This document shows, piece after piece, positions 10,813 to 19,799 of a stretch of 64,000 bases of DNA. The notes under the pieces were generated by a model. The model did not search any database. It had not been told where the DNA came from and was given only the letters and a program-made list of their open reading frames with translations. The position numbers were made by a program, and so were the translations under genes. Source of the DNA: Phycisphaerales bacterium (lineage in GTDB: Bacteria > Planctomycetota > Phycisphaerae > Phycisphaerales > UBA1924). The stretch lies in NCBI GenBank assembly GCA_020845755.1, contig JADLFE010000014.1, positions 4,181 to 68,180 on the forward strand. Direction: 5' to 3'. Positions within the stretch are counted from its first letter, which is position 1; each line of letters opens with the position of its first letter.

Positions 10813-11738
10813 TGATCGGGGTTTTCCGGCTGGGCGCTGGCGGCGGCGTTGATCACCATCGGGCGCGACTCCCAGAAGATCTCGACCTCGGGCTTGCCGG
10901 CGTCGATCGACTTGAAATTGCGGTTGAGGAACTCGATCTGGGCCAGTTTCTTGATCGTGCTGGCCTCGCCGAGGAGCGGCTGCGTGGGGCGCCCGCCCCA
11001 GATCACGCGTGTGTCGCGCTTGGTGACGATCGCGGTGCGTTTGTCCTTGCGAAAACTCGCCACGTCAACGCCCGCGACCTGATCTCGCCACGGCTGATTG
11101 AGCGAGAGCGCGAGCAGTTCAAGTCCCGCCTGAAGATCGGCGCCCGGCCAGACCTTCAGGCAATCGACCGCGCCGGTCTCGGTGAATGGCGGCTTGGCTT
11201 CCACACCGAGAAGCACGGGGAGATTCGACTGGCCGGCCGGATACACAGGCGGCATGGGACGCCCGTCGCTGGCGATGAGGTAGTCCTTGCCCGCGTTGCG
11301 GATGACAGCGACGGGGACGCGCCAACGCCCGGTGATACGAACGGCACGCCCGGGCTCGCGGACGACGGTGGGATTGGTGTCGAACCAGCCGCTGGTGCCG
11401 AGCGCTTCGCCGACGGCGGCGAGTTCGTCGGCGCCGATCTGCACCGCGACCTTTCGATCGGGCGTGCCCAGCGCGGTGTAGGCGAGTCTGAGCAACTCGT
11501 CCTGGAAGGCCTCGGGGAGCCAGGTTCGGGCGGTCGCTTGGGAGTTCTCGCCCAGCCTCGGCCATTCGATCTGAACGATGGGCGGGAGCGCATCGGAGAC
11601 GCGCACGGCGCGCTCATCGATGGCGCGACGCCCCAGCACCACGCCGGTGATGATCGCGATCACGATCAACGCGGTGAGCGTGATGGAAGCGCCGGCGACG
11701 ATCTTCTGCTTGCGGGAGTTCTTGCTGTCCGTAGCCAC
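10809..11738 (-). CDS. ftsQ: Cell division protein FtsQ-like (TM anchor + POTRA)
   Basis: 309 aa with a GTG start at 11736-38. One N-terminal TM helix (ASITLTALIVIAIITGVVLG). POTRA-like stretch VRITGRWRVPVAVIRNAGKDYLIASDGRPMPPV...NLPVLLGVE. Sits directly downstream of murC-murB-ddl. Confidence 0.7.
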   Translation of the reverse strand: MATDSKNSRKQKIVAGASITLTALIVIAIITGVVLGRRAIDERAVRVSDALPPIVQIEWPRLGENSQATARTWLPEAFQDELLRLAYTALGTPDRKVAVQIGADELAAVGEALGTSGWFDTNPTVVREPGRAVRITGRWRVPVAVIRNAGKDYLIASDGRPMPPVYPAGQSNLPVLLGVEAKPPFTETGAVDCLKVWPGADLQAGLELLALSLNQPWRDQVAGVDVASFRKDKRTAIVTKRDTRVIWGGRPTQPLLGEASTIKKLAQIEFLNRNFKSIDAGKPEVEIFWESRPMVINAAASAQPENPDQ

Positions 11739-11795
11739 GTGGAATCCTCAACTGACGCGTCGGCCCGTCCTTGGGCGCGAGTCGCGCGGAAAAGC

Positions 11796-12734
11796 CTAGG
11801 AACGGCGGTCTCGCCACGCCATTTCGACCAACGCACTGACCAGGTTCGGCAAGGGCGTGCCCGCGTGGGCCGCCGCCTTGGGATACAACGAATGACTCGT
11901 GAAGCCCGGCATGGTGTTGACCTCGAGCATCCACGCGCCGCCGGACTTGTCGAGCAGGAAATCGACACGGCAGAGGTGCCGCACGCCGAGGTCCTTGGCC
12001 AGCGCCACGGCACGCTTTGAGATCGCGTCCTTCACACCCGCGGGCAGCGGCGGATCAACGACATACTTCGTGTCGTCACGCAGGTACTTGGCCTCGTAGT
12101 CGTAGAACTCCGTCGCGGGCTGGATGTGGATCGGCGGGAGCGCCCTGGCGTCGCCCTGCGGGTCATACACGCCGACGGTGAGTTCGATCGCATCGACGAG
12201 TTGCTCGAGCATGTAGACGCGCCCCGGATGGGCGAGCATGTCCTTGGCGGCGGCGGCGCGAGCGGCGGCCCACTTTTCCTTGCTCTTGCAGAGATGCACG
12301 CCGACGCTCGATCCCTCGTGCACGGGCTTGACCACGACCGGGATGCCCAGCGGCGAAACTTCGTCATTCACATTGAACACGACGGCGGGCGCGGTGGGGA
12401 TGCCGAGTCGCCACGCGGAGGCCTTGGTGGCGAGTTTGTCCATCGCCAGACGTGCCGCGACCGGACCGCACCCGACATAGGCGATGCCGGCTTCTTCGAG
12501 ACGGTCCTGGAGCGGACCGCCCTCGCCGAACGGGCCATGAAGGACGGGGACGATGACATCGGCCTTCAATCCGCGAAGATCGGGGATGCTGGGGCGATCG
12601 ACGACGATGCGTTCAACGTCGTACCTGCCGGACTTGACCAGGCCGTCGTAGACACCCTGCGAGCTGTTGAGGCTCACTTCGCGTTCGGCATCGGGGCCGC
12701 CGCCCAGAACAACAACACGGCGCGGGCCGCTCAT
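11796..12734 (-). CDS. ddl: D-alanine--D-alanine ligase
   Basis: 312 aa. Contains LHGPFGEGGPLQ, VVKPVHEGSSVGV and WMLEVNTMPGFTSHSLYP. ATG 12732-34 overlaps the murB stop (ATGA). Confidence 0.93.
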   Translation of the reverse strand: MSGPRRVVVLGGGPDAEREVSLNSSQGVYDGLVKSGRYDVERIVVDRPSIPDLRGLKADVIVPVLHGPFGEGGPLQDRLEEAGIAYVGCGPVAARLAMDKLATKASAWRLGIPTAPAVVFNVNDEVSPLGIPVVVKPVHEGSSVGVHLCKSKEKWAAARAAAAKDMLAHPGRVYMLEQLVDAIELTVGVYDPQGDARALPPIHIQPATEFYDYEAKYLRDDTKYVVDPPLPAGVKDAISKRAVALAKDLGVRHLCRVDFLLDKSGGAWMLEVNTMPGFTSHSLYPKAAAHAGTPLPNLVSALVEMAWRDRRS

Positions 12735-13684
12735 TTGGTTCTCCTCCAGATCACGACTTCGGGATGGAGCGTGACGCCGAAGCGTGCGAAGACGCCGAGG
12801 GCGACGCGGTCCATGAGTTCGATGACGTCGCGGGCGCAGGCGCCGGCGTCGGTGACGATGAAATTGCCGTGGCGCGGGCTGACGGAGGCGCCGCCGACGC
12901 GCAGGCCCTTGAGCCCTGCGCGATCGATGAGCATGCCGGCGGAGACGCGCGAGCCTGCGCGATGGACCTCGTGGGGCTTGGGCGCGCCGGGGTCGGTGCT
13001 TTCGAGCGTGAGGTCTTCCGTCAGCGTGGGGTTCTTGAAGACGCAGCCGGCGCTCTTTTCGGCCATGGGCTGGGTCTTGCTCTTGTACGCCATCACTTCG
13101 AGGTGGCGGGCGCGGAGCGAAGCGGGATCCGCGGGCGACAGATTGAACTCGACCTCGGTGATGATGAGATTGCCGAGGCCCGAGTGGCGGTAGTCAAACG
13201 CGATCCGCGGGCGATCGAGCGTAACGGATCGCCCCTGGCGATCGAGCGCGTGGATGCGGGCGACGGCATCGGCGATCTGGCCGAACGCGCCGCCGGCGTT
13301 CATGATGACCGCGCCGCCGACGCTTGCGGGGATGCCACCGAGTGATTCGATCCCGGCGAGCCCGCGGCGCACGGTTTCGTTGATGAGTTTGGGGAGATTC
13401 GCACCCGCGCCGGCGCGGAGGCGCGTGGCGTCAAACGTCCAGCCACGGAAGGTGGGGCCTTCGAGCACGACGACAAGTTCCGCCACGCCTTCGTCGTCGA
13501 CGAGGAGGTTGGCGCCGTCGCCCAGGATGCGGAGGTTGGGGTCGAGGCGGATGCACTCAGCGAGTCGGTCGAGCGAACACGGGCGTGCGAGGCGATCGGC
13601 CTTGCCGCCGATGCCGAACCACGTGGGGATCGGCGCGTCGTACTCGATCTCGAGCGATGTCTGGGGGGCGTCCAGCGCGTTCAC
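12731..13684 (-). CDS. murB: UDP-N-acetylenolpyruvoylglucosamine reductase
   Basis: Track ORF 12731..13960(-) overlaps murC. Start moved to GTG 13682-84 (VNALDAPQTSL), preceded by GGGAGGAGAG. Contains GGIPASVGGAVIMNAGGAFG and SAGCVFKNP. Confidence 0.9.
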   Translation of the reverse strand: MNALDAPQTSLEIEYDAPIPTWFGIGGKADRLARPCSLDRLAECIRLDPNLRILGDGANLLVDDEGVAELVVVLEGPTFRGWTFDATRLRAGAGANLPKLINETVRRGLAGIESLGGIPASVGGAVIMNAGGAFGQIADAVARIHALDRQGRSVTLDRPRIAFDYRHSGLGNLIITEVEFNLSPADPASLRARHLEVMAYKSKTQPMAEKSAGCVFKNPTLTEDLTLESTDPGAPKPHEVHRAGSRVSAGMLIDRAGLKGLRVGGASVSPRHGNFIVTDAGACARDVIELMDRVALGVFARFGVTLHPEVVIWRRTK

Positions 13685-13706
13685 GGGTCTCTCCTCCCTG
13701 GGCCCG

Positions 13707-15314
13707 CTAGGCGGAGCGGGCGAGGCGCTGGGCGATGGGGGCAAGGTCGAGCAGGCTTGGGGGAAAGGTGGGCGCCGGCCCAGCCTCGCTCGCGTGAGCA
13801 TGGGCGGCGGCGACAAAGCCCTTGGCGACTTCGTAGACGTTGCCCGCGCCCATCGCGACCACCACATCGCCGTCGTGGCAGATGGTCTCCAACTGCTCGA
13901 TGATCGCCGCGAAGGGGTAGAGGTGCATGGCACGCACGCCGCGCTGGCGCAGACGATCAACCAGGTCGGCGGCGGTGACCTTGTGGCGTTCTTCCTCGCT
14001 GTCGCGGACGAAGTAGATGTCGGGCACGATCACGATGTCGGCCGAGGAGAACGACTGGGCAAACTCGTCGAGCAGGTGACGCGTGCGCGAGTGCTGGTGC
14101 GGCTGGAAGACGCAGATGAGGCGCCCGCCGCGTTCTTCGGGGCGTTCGTGCTCGCGCAGGGCGCGGAGGGTGACATCGACCTCGGTCGGATGGTGCCCGT
14201 AGTCGTCGTAGACGCGGACATGACCGCCCGCGCGCGAGGGACGCACCCCGATCAGTTGCATGCGCCGGTCGATGCCGCGGAACGAGGCGAGTGAGCGAGC
14301 GACGGCCAGCGGGTCCGCGCCCGCCAGGGTGGCAAGCACACAGGCGACCGCCGAGTTCATGGCGTTGTGCGCACCGGGTATGGCGAGTTGCCACTGGGCG
14401 AAGAACTCGCGCCGGTTGTGGAGCGTCACACCGCGGGTTGTGGGGTCGTAGCCGACCACCCAGTCGGCGCTGGGGGTGAAACCGATGGTCTGGACGTCGC
14501 AGGCAAGTCCGGCGGTGACTTCACGCCGGTGGGCGTTGTCGTGGGCGATGACGAGCGTGCCGCCCTGCGAAGCAGGGGGCAGGAGCGTGGCGAAGTGGTG
14601 GAAGGATTCGACGACGGCATCGAGCGTGCCGTAGACATCGAGGTGGTCGGCCTCGACGGAGGTGATCGCGGCAAGTTGTGGGCGATAGTTGTGGAACGAG
14701 CGGTTGTGCTCGCAGGCCTCGGCGACGAGGATGCCGGGGCGGCCGGCCAGACGCCCGTCGGGGATCGCGTTGGCACCCAGGCGGAAGCCGGCGGGGCGTG
14801 TGATGGGTGCGTTGGCGCCGTGAAGGAGTTGGCTGGATGTAGCGCCCACGATGACGGTCGGGTCGAGGCCCGCGTCGGTGAGGGCGCAGCCGGTCATGGC
14901 GGTGGTGGTCGACTTCCCGTGCGTGCCGGCGACGGCGATCGCGGTCCGGCCGAGCATGCAACGCCCCAGGGCCTCGGCGTACCAGATCGCGGGGATGTCG
15001 CGCCGGGAGGCTTGGGCAAGTTGGGGGTGGTCGGGTTTGATCGCGGCCGAGGCGATCACCAGGTCGCACCGCTCGGGGAGCGGGTCGGTCAGTTGGCTGA
15101 AGGTGACACGGATGGACTCGGCGGCCAGAGCGGCGGTCGACTCCGACGGGCTGTTGTCCGAGCCCTGCACGATCGCGCCGCGTGAGGCGAGCATGCGGGC
15201 CAGGCCCGACATGCCGCAGCCGCCGATTCCGATCATGTAGACGTTGCGACCTGCGACGTCGAAGGCGTCGCGGGGGGATGAAAACGCATCGGGAGCAAGG
15301 GGAGGAGTCACCAT
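13707..15314 (-). CDS. murC: UDP-N-acetylmuramate--L-alanine ligase
   Basis: Track ORF 13707..16127(-). The first 271 codons are R/P/H-rich and overlap the Nudix gene. Start moved to ATG 15312-14 (MVTPPLAPD...VYMIGIGGCGMSGLARML); ATG 15341 is the alternative. Contains GTHGKSTTT. Confidence 0.9.
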   Translation of the reverse strand: MVTPPLAPDAFSSPRDAFDVAGRNVYMIGIGGCGMSGLARMLASRGAIVQGSDNSPSESTAALAAESIRVTFSQLTDPLPERCDLVIASAAIKPDHPQLAQASRRDIPAIWYAEALGRCMLGRTAIAVAGTHGKSTTTAMTGCALTDAGLDPTVIVGATSSQLLHGANAPITRPAGFRLGANAIPDGRLAGRPGILVAEACEHNRSFHNYRPQLAAITSVEADHLDVYGTLDAVVESFHHFATLLPPASQGGTLVIAHDNAHRREVTAGLACDVQTIGFTPSADWVVGYDPTTRGVTLHNRREFFAQWQLAIPGAHNAMNSAVACVLATLAGADPLAVARSLASFRGIDRRMQLIGVRPSRAGGHVRVYDDYGHHPTEVDVTLRALREHERPEERGGRLICVFQPHQHSRTRHLLDEFAQSFSSADIVIVPDIYFVRDSEEERHKVTAADLVDRLRQRGVRAMHLYPFAAIIEQLETICHDGDVVVAMGAGNVYEVAKGFVAAAHAHASEAGPAPTFPPSLLDLAPIAQRLARSA

Positions 15315-15386
15315 CGCAGAGGGTATCGGATACGCGGGCATTGGAGCGTGAAAGCCGGGCGAGGTGTTGCGTTGTATCCTCGTTGC

Positions 15387-15923
15387 ATGAACGTCACCGG
15401 CTCGTCCGAATCCCTCCCCTACCGCATTGCGTGCCTGTGCGACCTCCGCGACGAGCAGGGACGAATCCTGCTGCTCCGCCGGGCCAAGTCGCCCAACATG
15501 GGGCTGTGCTCGCCGATCGGCGGCAAACTGGACGTTGAGACGGGCGAATCGCCGGCCCAGTGCGCACAGCGGGAGATCATGGAAGAGGCGGGGATCGAGG
15601 TCCCGATCGAGCGTCTGCACCTGATCGGGCTGGTCAGCGAGCAGGCGTTTGAGGGCAAGGGGCACTGGTTGATGTTCGTATACCGGGTGCTTGGCCCGGT
15701 GAGGGTGACACGGACGCAGATCAGAGAGGGGACGCTGGAGTGGTTCGAGGAATCGGAGGTTGACACGCTCCCCCTTCCCGAAACCGACCGGATGATCATC
15801 TGGCCGCTGATGCGCACGCACGAGGCCAGCGGGCCGAAGGGTGGGCCGGGGTTCTTTGCGGTGCATATCGATTGCCGGGCACCCGAACTGCGCTGGACCG
15901 TGGAGCAGGAGACCCCTCACTAG
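15387..15923 (+). CDS. Nudix hydrolase
   Basis: Nudix box GGKLDVETGESPAQCAQREIMEEAGI. Start placed at ATG 15387 (MNVTGSS). The track start at 15348 is also possible. Confidence 0.8.
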   Translation: MNVTGSSESLPYRIACLCDLRDEQGRILLLRRAKSPNMGLCSPIGGKLDVETGESPAQCAQREIMEEAGIEVPIERLHLIGLVSEQAFEGKGHWLMFVYRVLGPVRVTRTQIREGTLEWFEESEVDTLPLPETDRMIIWPLMRTHEASGPKGGPGFFAVHIDCRAPELRWTVEQETPH

Positions 15924-15985
15924 GTGAGGCAAAGCAGGCAAATCGGTTGTGAATCGAAACGATCCCGGTCCCGTATACTGATGAC

Positions 15986-17992
15986 GTGAAGACACACTGT
16001 CGTCTCGCGTCGGGCATGGAAGGCTCGCACCGCACGATCCTCGCGTGGGTGACGCGTTGCATTCTGCTTCTGTGCGGGCTTGGGACGTTCGCATATGGGC
16101 AGGCGGCTCAGGTGTCTCCTCCAACACAGCCCATGGCGGTGCCGGCGTCGCGCCAGGCCAAGAACATCGCGGTCATCACGATCAAGGGACCGATCTCGTC
16201 GCTCACGTTCAAGAGCCTCGAGCGACGACTGCAACTGGCCAAGCGGGCGGGGGCCGACGCGGCGGTGATCGAACTCGACACTCCGGGCGGGGAACTCGGG
16301 GCGGCGTTGGACATTACATCCCTGCTCAAGCGATCCGACACACCCATCCCCAACACGGTCGCGTGGGTTCATCCCAACGCGTTTTCGGCCGGGTCGGTGA
16401 TTGCGCTCGCGTGCCGCGAGATCGTCGTGAGCGAAGGCGTGAACTTTGGGGATGCGCTGGTCATCGCGACCAACATGGACGGGACGCTCAAGAACCTGAA
16501 GGAGGCAGAGCGACAGAAGCTCACCGCCCCGCTGCTCTCGGACGTCGTTGATTCGGCGCGTCAGCGCGGGTACGACGAGTACCTCGTGCAGGGGTTCGTG
16601 ACACTGGGCGTGAATCTCTGGCAGGTCGAGAGCATCCAGACAGGGCAGCGGCTGTTCGTGAACGCGCAGGAGTACGAACTGATCTTCGGGCAGCCACCCG
16701 CGGACACCAGGCCCAGGGTGCCGAGCGCTCCGCCGGGCGAGACTGCCCGAAAAATCTTCTCTGGACGTGGCGAAAAGGCGTCGAAGAAAAGCACATCGAA
16801 TGACGGCGCGACTCCCGCCGATAGCACGCGAGGGCCCGAGGCCGTTCCATCGCCCGACCAGTCCGACCCCGGCACGCCGAATCCCGACCCACCCGCCAAA
16901 CCCGTCGAGGGGAATGACGCGAGCCAGCCGGCGGGGAATGGTGTGACGCAGACACCTCCACCACCAGGCCCACCGCCGGAGCATCCGCAACTGGTCGACC
17001 CCGCAACGGCGGTGAAGCCCGCCTCGCCGGCGGTGACGAACGTGGCGATCGATGCATCGGCGACGCAATCGCTCCCGACGCAGCGGCCGGTCTTCTCCGC
17101 GGCGGATCAAGGGAAGTATCGGCTTGTTGAATATGTCTCGGACGGCAACGGCCCATTGATCCTGAAGACGGCGGACATGGAGCGATACGGGCTGGCGCGC
17201 CAGGTGGTACGGAACGACGCCGAACTCATGGCATTCTTCGGCGCCAAGAACCTGCGCCGGCTTGATCCGACGTGGTCTGAGGGGCTGGTCGCGTTCCTGA
17301 CCAACCCGATCGTTCGGGGTGTCTTGATCGTCATCTTCCTGATCGCGTTGTTCCTGGAGATGTCGCACCCGGGCGTGACGCTTCCTGGGCTGGTCGCGGG
17401 CGTCGCGCTGATCGCGATTCTGGCTCCGCCACTTATCATCGGGATGGCGAACTGGTGGGAAGTGGCGGCGATCGCCGCGGGGATTCTGCTCATCGCGTTG
17501 GAGATGTTCGTGATCCCCGGCTTTGGCATCACGGGCATCCTGGGAATCCTGCTGTTGTTCGCGGGGCTGATCGGCACCTTTGCCCCCAGCGGCACGGACA
17601 GCCTCTTCCCCGATTCGCCGCAGGGACGAACGGAACTTCTGTACGGCGTCGCGACCGTGGCGATGTCGATCGCGACCTCGATGGTCGGGTGCTATTTCCT
17701 GGCCAAGCACTTTGGTTCGCTCCCGGTCATCGGGAGGCTGGTGCTCAAGAGCGCGCCGGCGAGCGAGGTGGACGAGAGTTTGTTTGCGGCGATCGCGCCG
17801 TCTGGTGAAGTTCGCGTCGGGCAGGTTGGCGAGGCGATCACGCCGCTCCGCCCATCCGGTAAGATGCAGGTGGGTGAGAAGGTGGTCGATGTCGTCGCCC
17901 AGATGGGCTTCATCGCGGCGGGCGCGAAGGTGCGCGTCGTGGGCGTGACGGAGTTCCGCGTCGAGGTCGAGGCGATCGAGGGCAACGCGTAA
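15986..17992 (+). CDS. NfeD-family membrane-bound ClpP-class serine protease (long form)
   Basis: 668 aa with a GTG start. ClpP-like domain (IAVITIKGPISS...VIELDTPGGEL...AFSAGSVIALAC), a Pro-rich insert, 4-5 TM helices, and a C-terminal OB-like GKMQVGEKVVDVVAQMGFIAAGAKVRVVGV. Confidence 0.8.
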   Translation: MKTHCRLASGMEGSHRTILAWVTRCILLLCGLGTFAYGQAAQVSPPTQPMAVPASRQAKNIAVITIKGPISSLTFKSLERRLQLAKRAGADAAVIELDTPGGELGAALDITSLLKRSDTPIPNTVAWVHPNAFSAGSVIALACREIVVSEGVNFGDALVIATNMDGTLKNLKEAERQKLTAPLLSDVVDSARQRGYDEYLVQGFVTLGVNLWQVESIQTGQRLFVNAQEYELIFGQPPADTRPRVPSAPPGETARKIFSGRGEKASKKSTSNDGATPADSTRGPEAVPSPDQSDPGTPNPDPPAKPVEGNDASQPAGNGVTQTPPPPGPPPEHPQLVDPATAVKPASPAVTNVAIDASATQSLPTQRPVFSAADQGKYRLVEYVSDGNGPLILKTADMERYGLARQVVRNDAELMAFFGAKNLRRLDPTWSEGLVAFLTNPIVRGVLIVIFLIALFLEMSHPGVTLPGLVAGVALIAILAPPLIIGMANWWEVAAIAAGILLIALEMFVIPGFGITGILGILLLFAGLIGTFAPSGTDSLFPDSPQGRTELLYGVATVAMSIATSMVGCYFLAKHFGSLPVIGRLVLKSAPASEVDESLFAAIAPSGEVRVGQVGEAITPLRPSGKMQVGEKVVDVVAQMGFIAAGAKVRVVGVTEFRVEVEAIEGNA

Positions 17993-18492
17993 TGGAACCG
18001 AAACTGCTCTGGGGTCTGGGGCTGATCGGCGCGGCGCTGCTCTTGCTTCTGCTCGAGATCTTCATCCCATCGATGGGTGTGCTGTTCGTGACGGCGATCG
18101 TCGTAGCGCTCGCGGGCGTGGTCACGCTCTTCACCTACGACCCCATGTGGGGGCTCTCAGGACTCCTGGCGGTCCTGGTGCTCGGTCCCATGATCGGGTA
18201 TTTCGGGCTGAGCATCTGGAAGAACACGCCGATCGGGCGGCGGATGATCGGCTCCAAGACCGAGGCCGAGGTTGAGGAAGAAAAGCGCGCGGAAGTGCGT
18301 GAGCGAGACCAGATGCTGGCGCTGGTAGGCATGGAAGGCGACGCGTTGACGGACCTCCGCCCCGTGGGAGTGGCTCGCTTTGAAGGCAAGCGGCTGGACG
18401 TGACGTCGGAACTCGGACTGATCGCCCGGGGCTCACGCGTGCGGATCTGCGCTGTCGAGGGCTCGATCATCAAGGTCCGCGAGGTCACATGA
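17992..18492 (+). CDS. NfeD-like small membrane protein (TM + OB-fold)
   Basis: 166 aa. Its ATG overlaps the upstream TAA (TAATG). Three hydrophobic helices followed by GVARFEGKRLDVTSELGLIARGSRVRICAVEGSIIKV. Confidence 0.7.
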   Translation: MEPKLLWGLGLIGAALLLLLLEIFIPSMGVLFVTAIVVALAGVVTLFTYDPMWGLSGLLAVLVLGPMIGYFGLSIWKNTPIGRRMIGSKTEAEVEEEKRAEVRERDQMLALVGMEGDALTDLRPVGVARFEGKRLDVTSELGLIARGSRVRICAVEGSIIKVREVT

Positions 18493-18576
18493 ACCACCGC
18501 CCGCTGGCGGCGTATGCAATCCGCGAGTATCCTGTGGATCGTTCGCGCCCGCCGGCGGACGGAGAAGGAGCCCCCT

Positions 18577-19632
18577 ATGCAATCTCTTGCTCACATGCTG
18601 GCGCAGTCATCACCACTCGGCGGGAACGCGTTCCTGATCGTGGTCGGCATCGTCGTCGCGATCATCGCGCTGGTGATCCTGATCGTTGTCGGGCAGTTCA
18701 TCAGCCTGTATATTCAGGCTTTCCTGTCGAACGCGCACGTTGGCATGCTCGAGATCATCGGCATGCGATTGCGGAAGGTGGATATCAGAACAGTGGTGTT
18801 CAGCCGCATCCGCGCCGTCAAGGCCGGACTTGATATCCCCACCAACGCGCTTGAAACGCACTACCTCGCGGGCGGGCGTGTGCCGAACGTGATCACGGCC
18901 ATGATCTCGGCCAAGGGCGCGAAGATCGATCTTCCGTGGTCGACCTCGACGGCGATCGACCTCGCCGGGCGTGACATTCTCGATGCCGTGCACACGTCGG
19001 TAAACCCGAAGGTCATCGATTGCCCGAGCGGCGTGGGCCCGCGGACGACGATCGACGCGGTGGCAAAGGACGGCATCCAACTCAAGGTCAAGGCCCGCGT
19101 GACAGTGCGAACGAACATCGCTCGTCTGGTCGGCGGCGCCACGGAAGAGACCATCATCGCTCGCGTCGGCCAGGGCATCGTGTCGACGATCGGCTCGGCG
19201 CACGACCATAAGGCCGTGCTCGAGAATCCCGATGACATCTCGCGAAAGGTGATGAACACCGGCCTGGACGCGGGGACGGCGTTCGAGATTCTGTCGATCG
19301 ACATCGCGGACATCGACGTGGGCGACAACATCGGCGCGAAACTGCAGGCCGACCAGGCCAACGCGGATAAGCAGCGGTTCCAAGCCGAGGCCGAGAAGCG
19401 GCGAGCGCTGGCCATGGCGCTGGAGCAGGAGAACCGCGCGAAGATCGAAGAGAATCGGGCGGTGCTGGTGCTGGCGGAGGCGGAGATTCCCAAGGCGATG
19501 GCCGAGGCGCTCAAGACGGGAAATCTTGGGGCGCTCGATTTCTATCGCCTGAAGAACATCCAGGCGGACACGCAGATGCGACAGACGTTCGGGCGCGACA
19601 CCGGCTCCGGGCAGCAGGCCCCGCGGAGCTGA
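18577..19632 (+). CDS. floA: Flotillin-like protein FloA (UPF0365/YqfA family)
   Basis: Start moved to ATG 18577, preceded by GGAGAAGGAG. Contains [28 protein letters not shown] and the coiled tail [30 protein letters not shown]. Confidence 0.88.
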   Translation: MQSLAHMLAQSSPLGGNAFLIVVGIVVAIIALVILIVVGQFISLYIQAFLSNAHVGMLEIIGMRLRKVDIRTVVFSRIRAVKAGLDIPTNALETHYLAGGRVPNVITAMISAKGAKIDLPWSTSTAIDLAGRDILDAVHTSVNPKVIDCPSGVGPRTTIDAVAKDGIQLKVKARVTVRTNIARLVGGATEETIIARVGQGIVSTIGSAHDHKAVLENPDDISRKVMNTGLDAGTAFEILSIDIADIDVGDNIGAKLQADQANADKQRFQAEAEKRRALAMALEQENRAKIEENRAVLVLAEAEIPKAMAEALKTGNLGALDFYRLKNIQADTQMRQTFGRDTGSGQQAPRS

Positions 19633-19799
19633 TCCGGTCCCTGGTTCGGGCAATACCACAGACGAATACAACAAGATCAGAAGGCCGCCACCGTCGAACT
19701 TCGGATGTTGGTGCGCGTCTATCATTCACCGAACAAAGCCGGCCGATGGAGCGCCCGGAGTGTTGCCGTGCGCCGGCGGGGCCATGACGGAGAATTCCC

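Noticed and set aside
15315-16127. N-terminal 271 codons of track ORF 13707..16127 (would make an 806-aa MurC)
   Set aside because: R/P/H-rich, overlaps the plus-strand Nudix gene, and the MurC Rossmann motif starts right after M272. Similar over-extensions were trimmed for murB, greA, lgt, tatD, rnhA, truB, thiF-like, pilT, purL, floA, truD, BFN, GH38 and the transglutaminase-like gene.
15920-17710. 596-aa minus-strand ORF
   Set aside because: R/H/D-rich shadow of the NfeD gene. The plus frame has a ClpP-like domain, TM helices and an OB domain.
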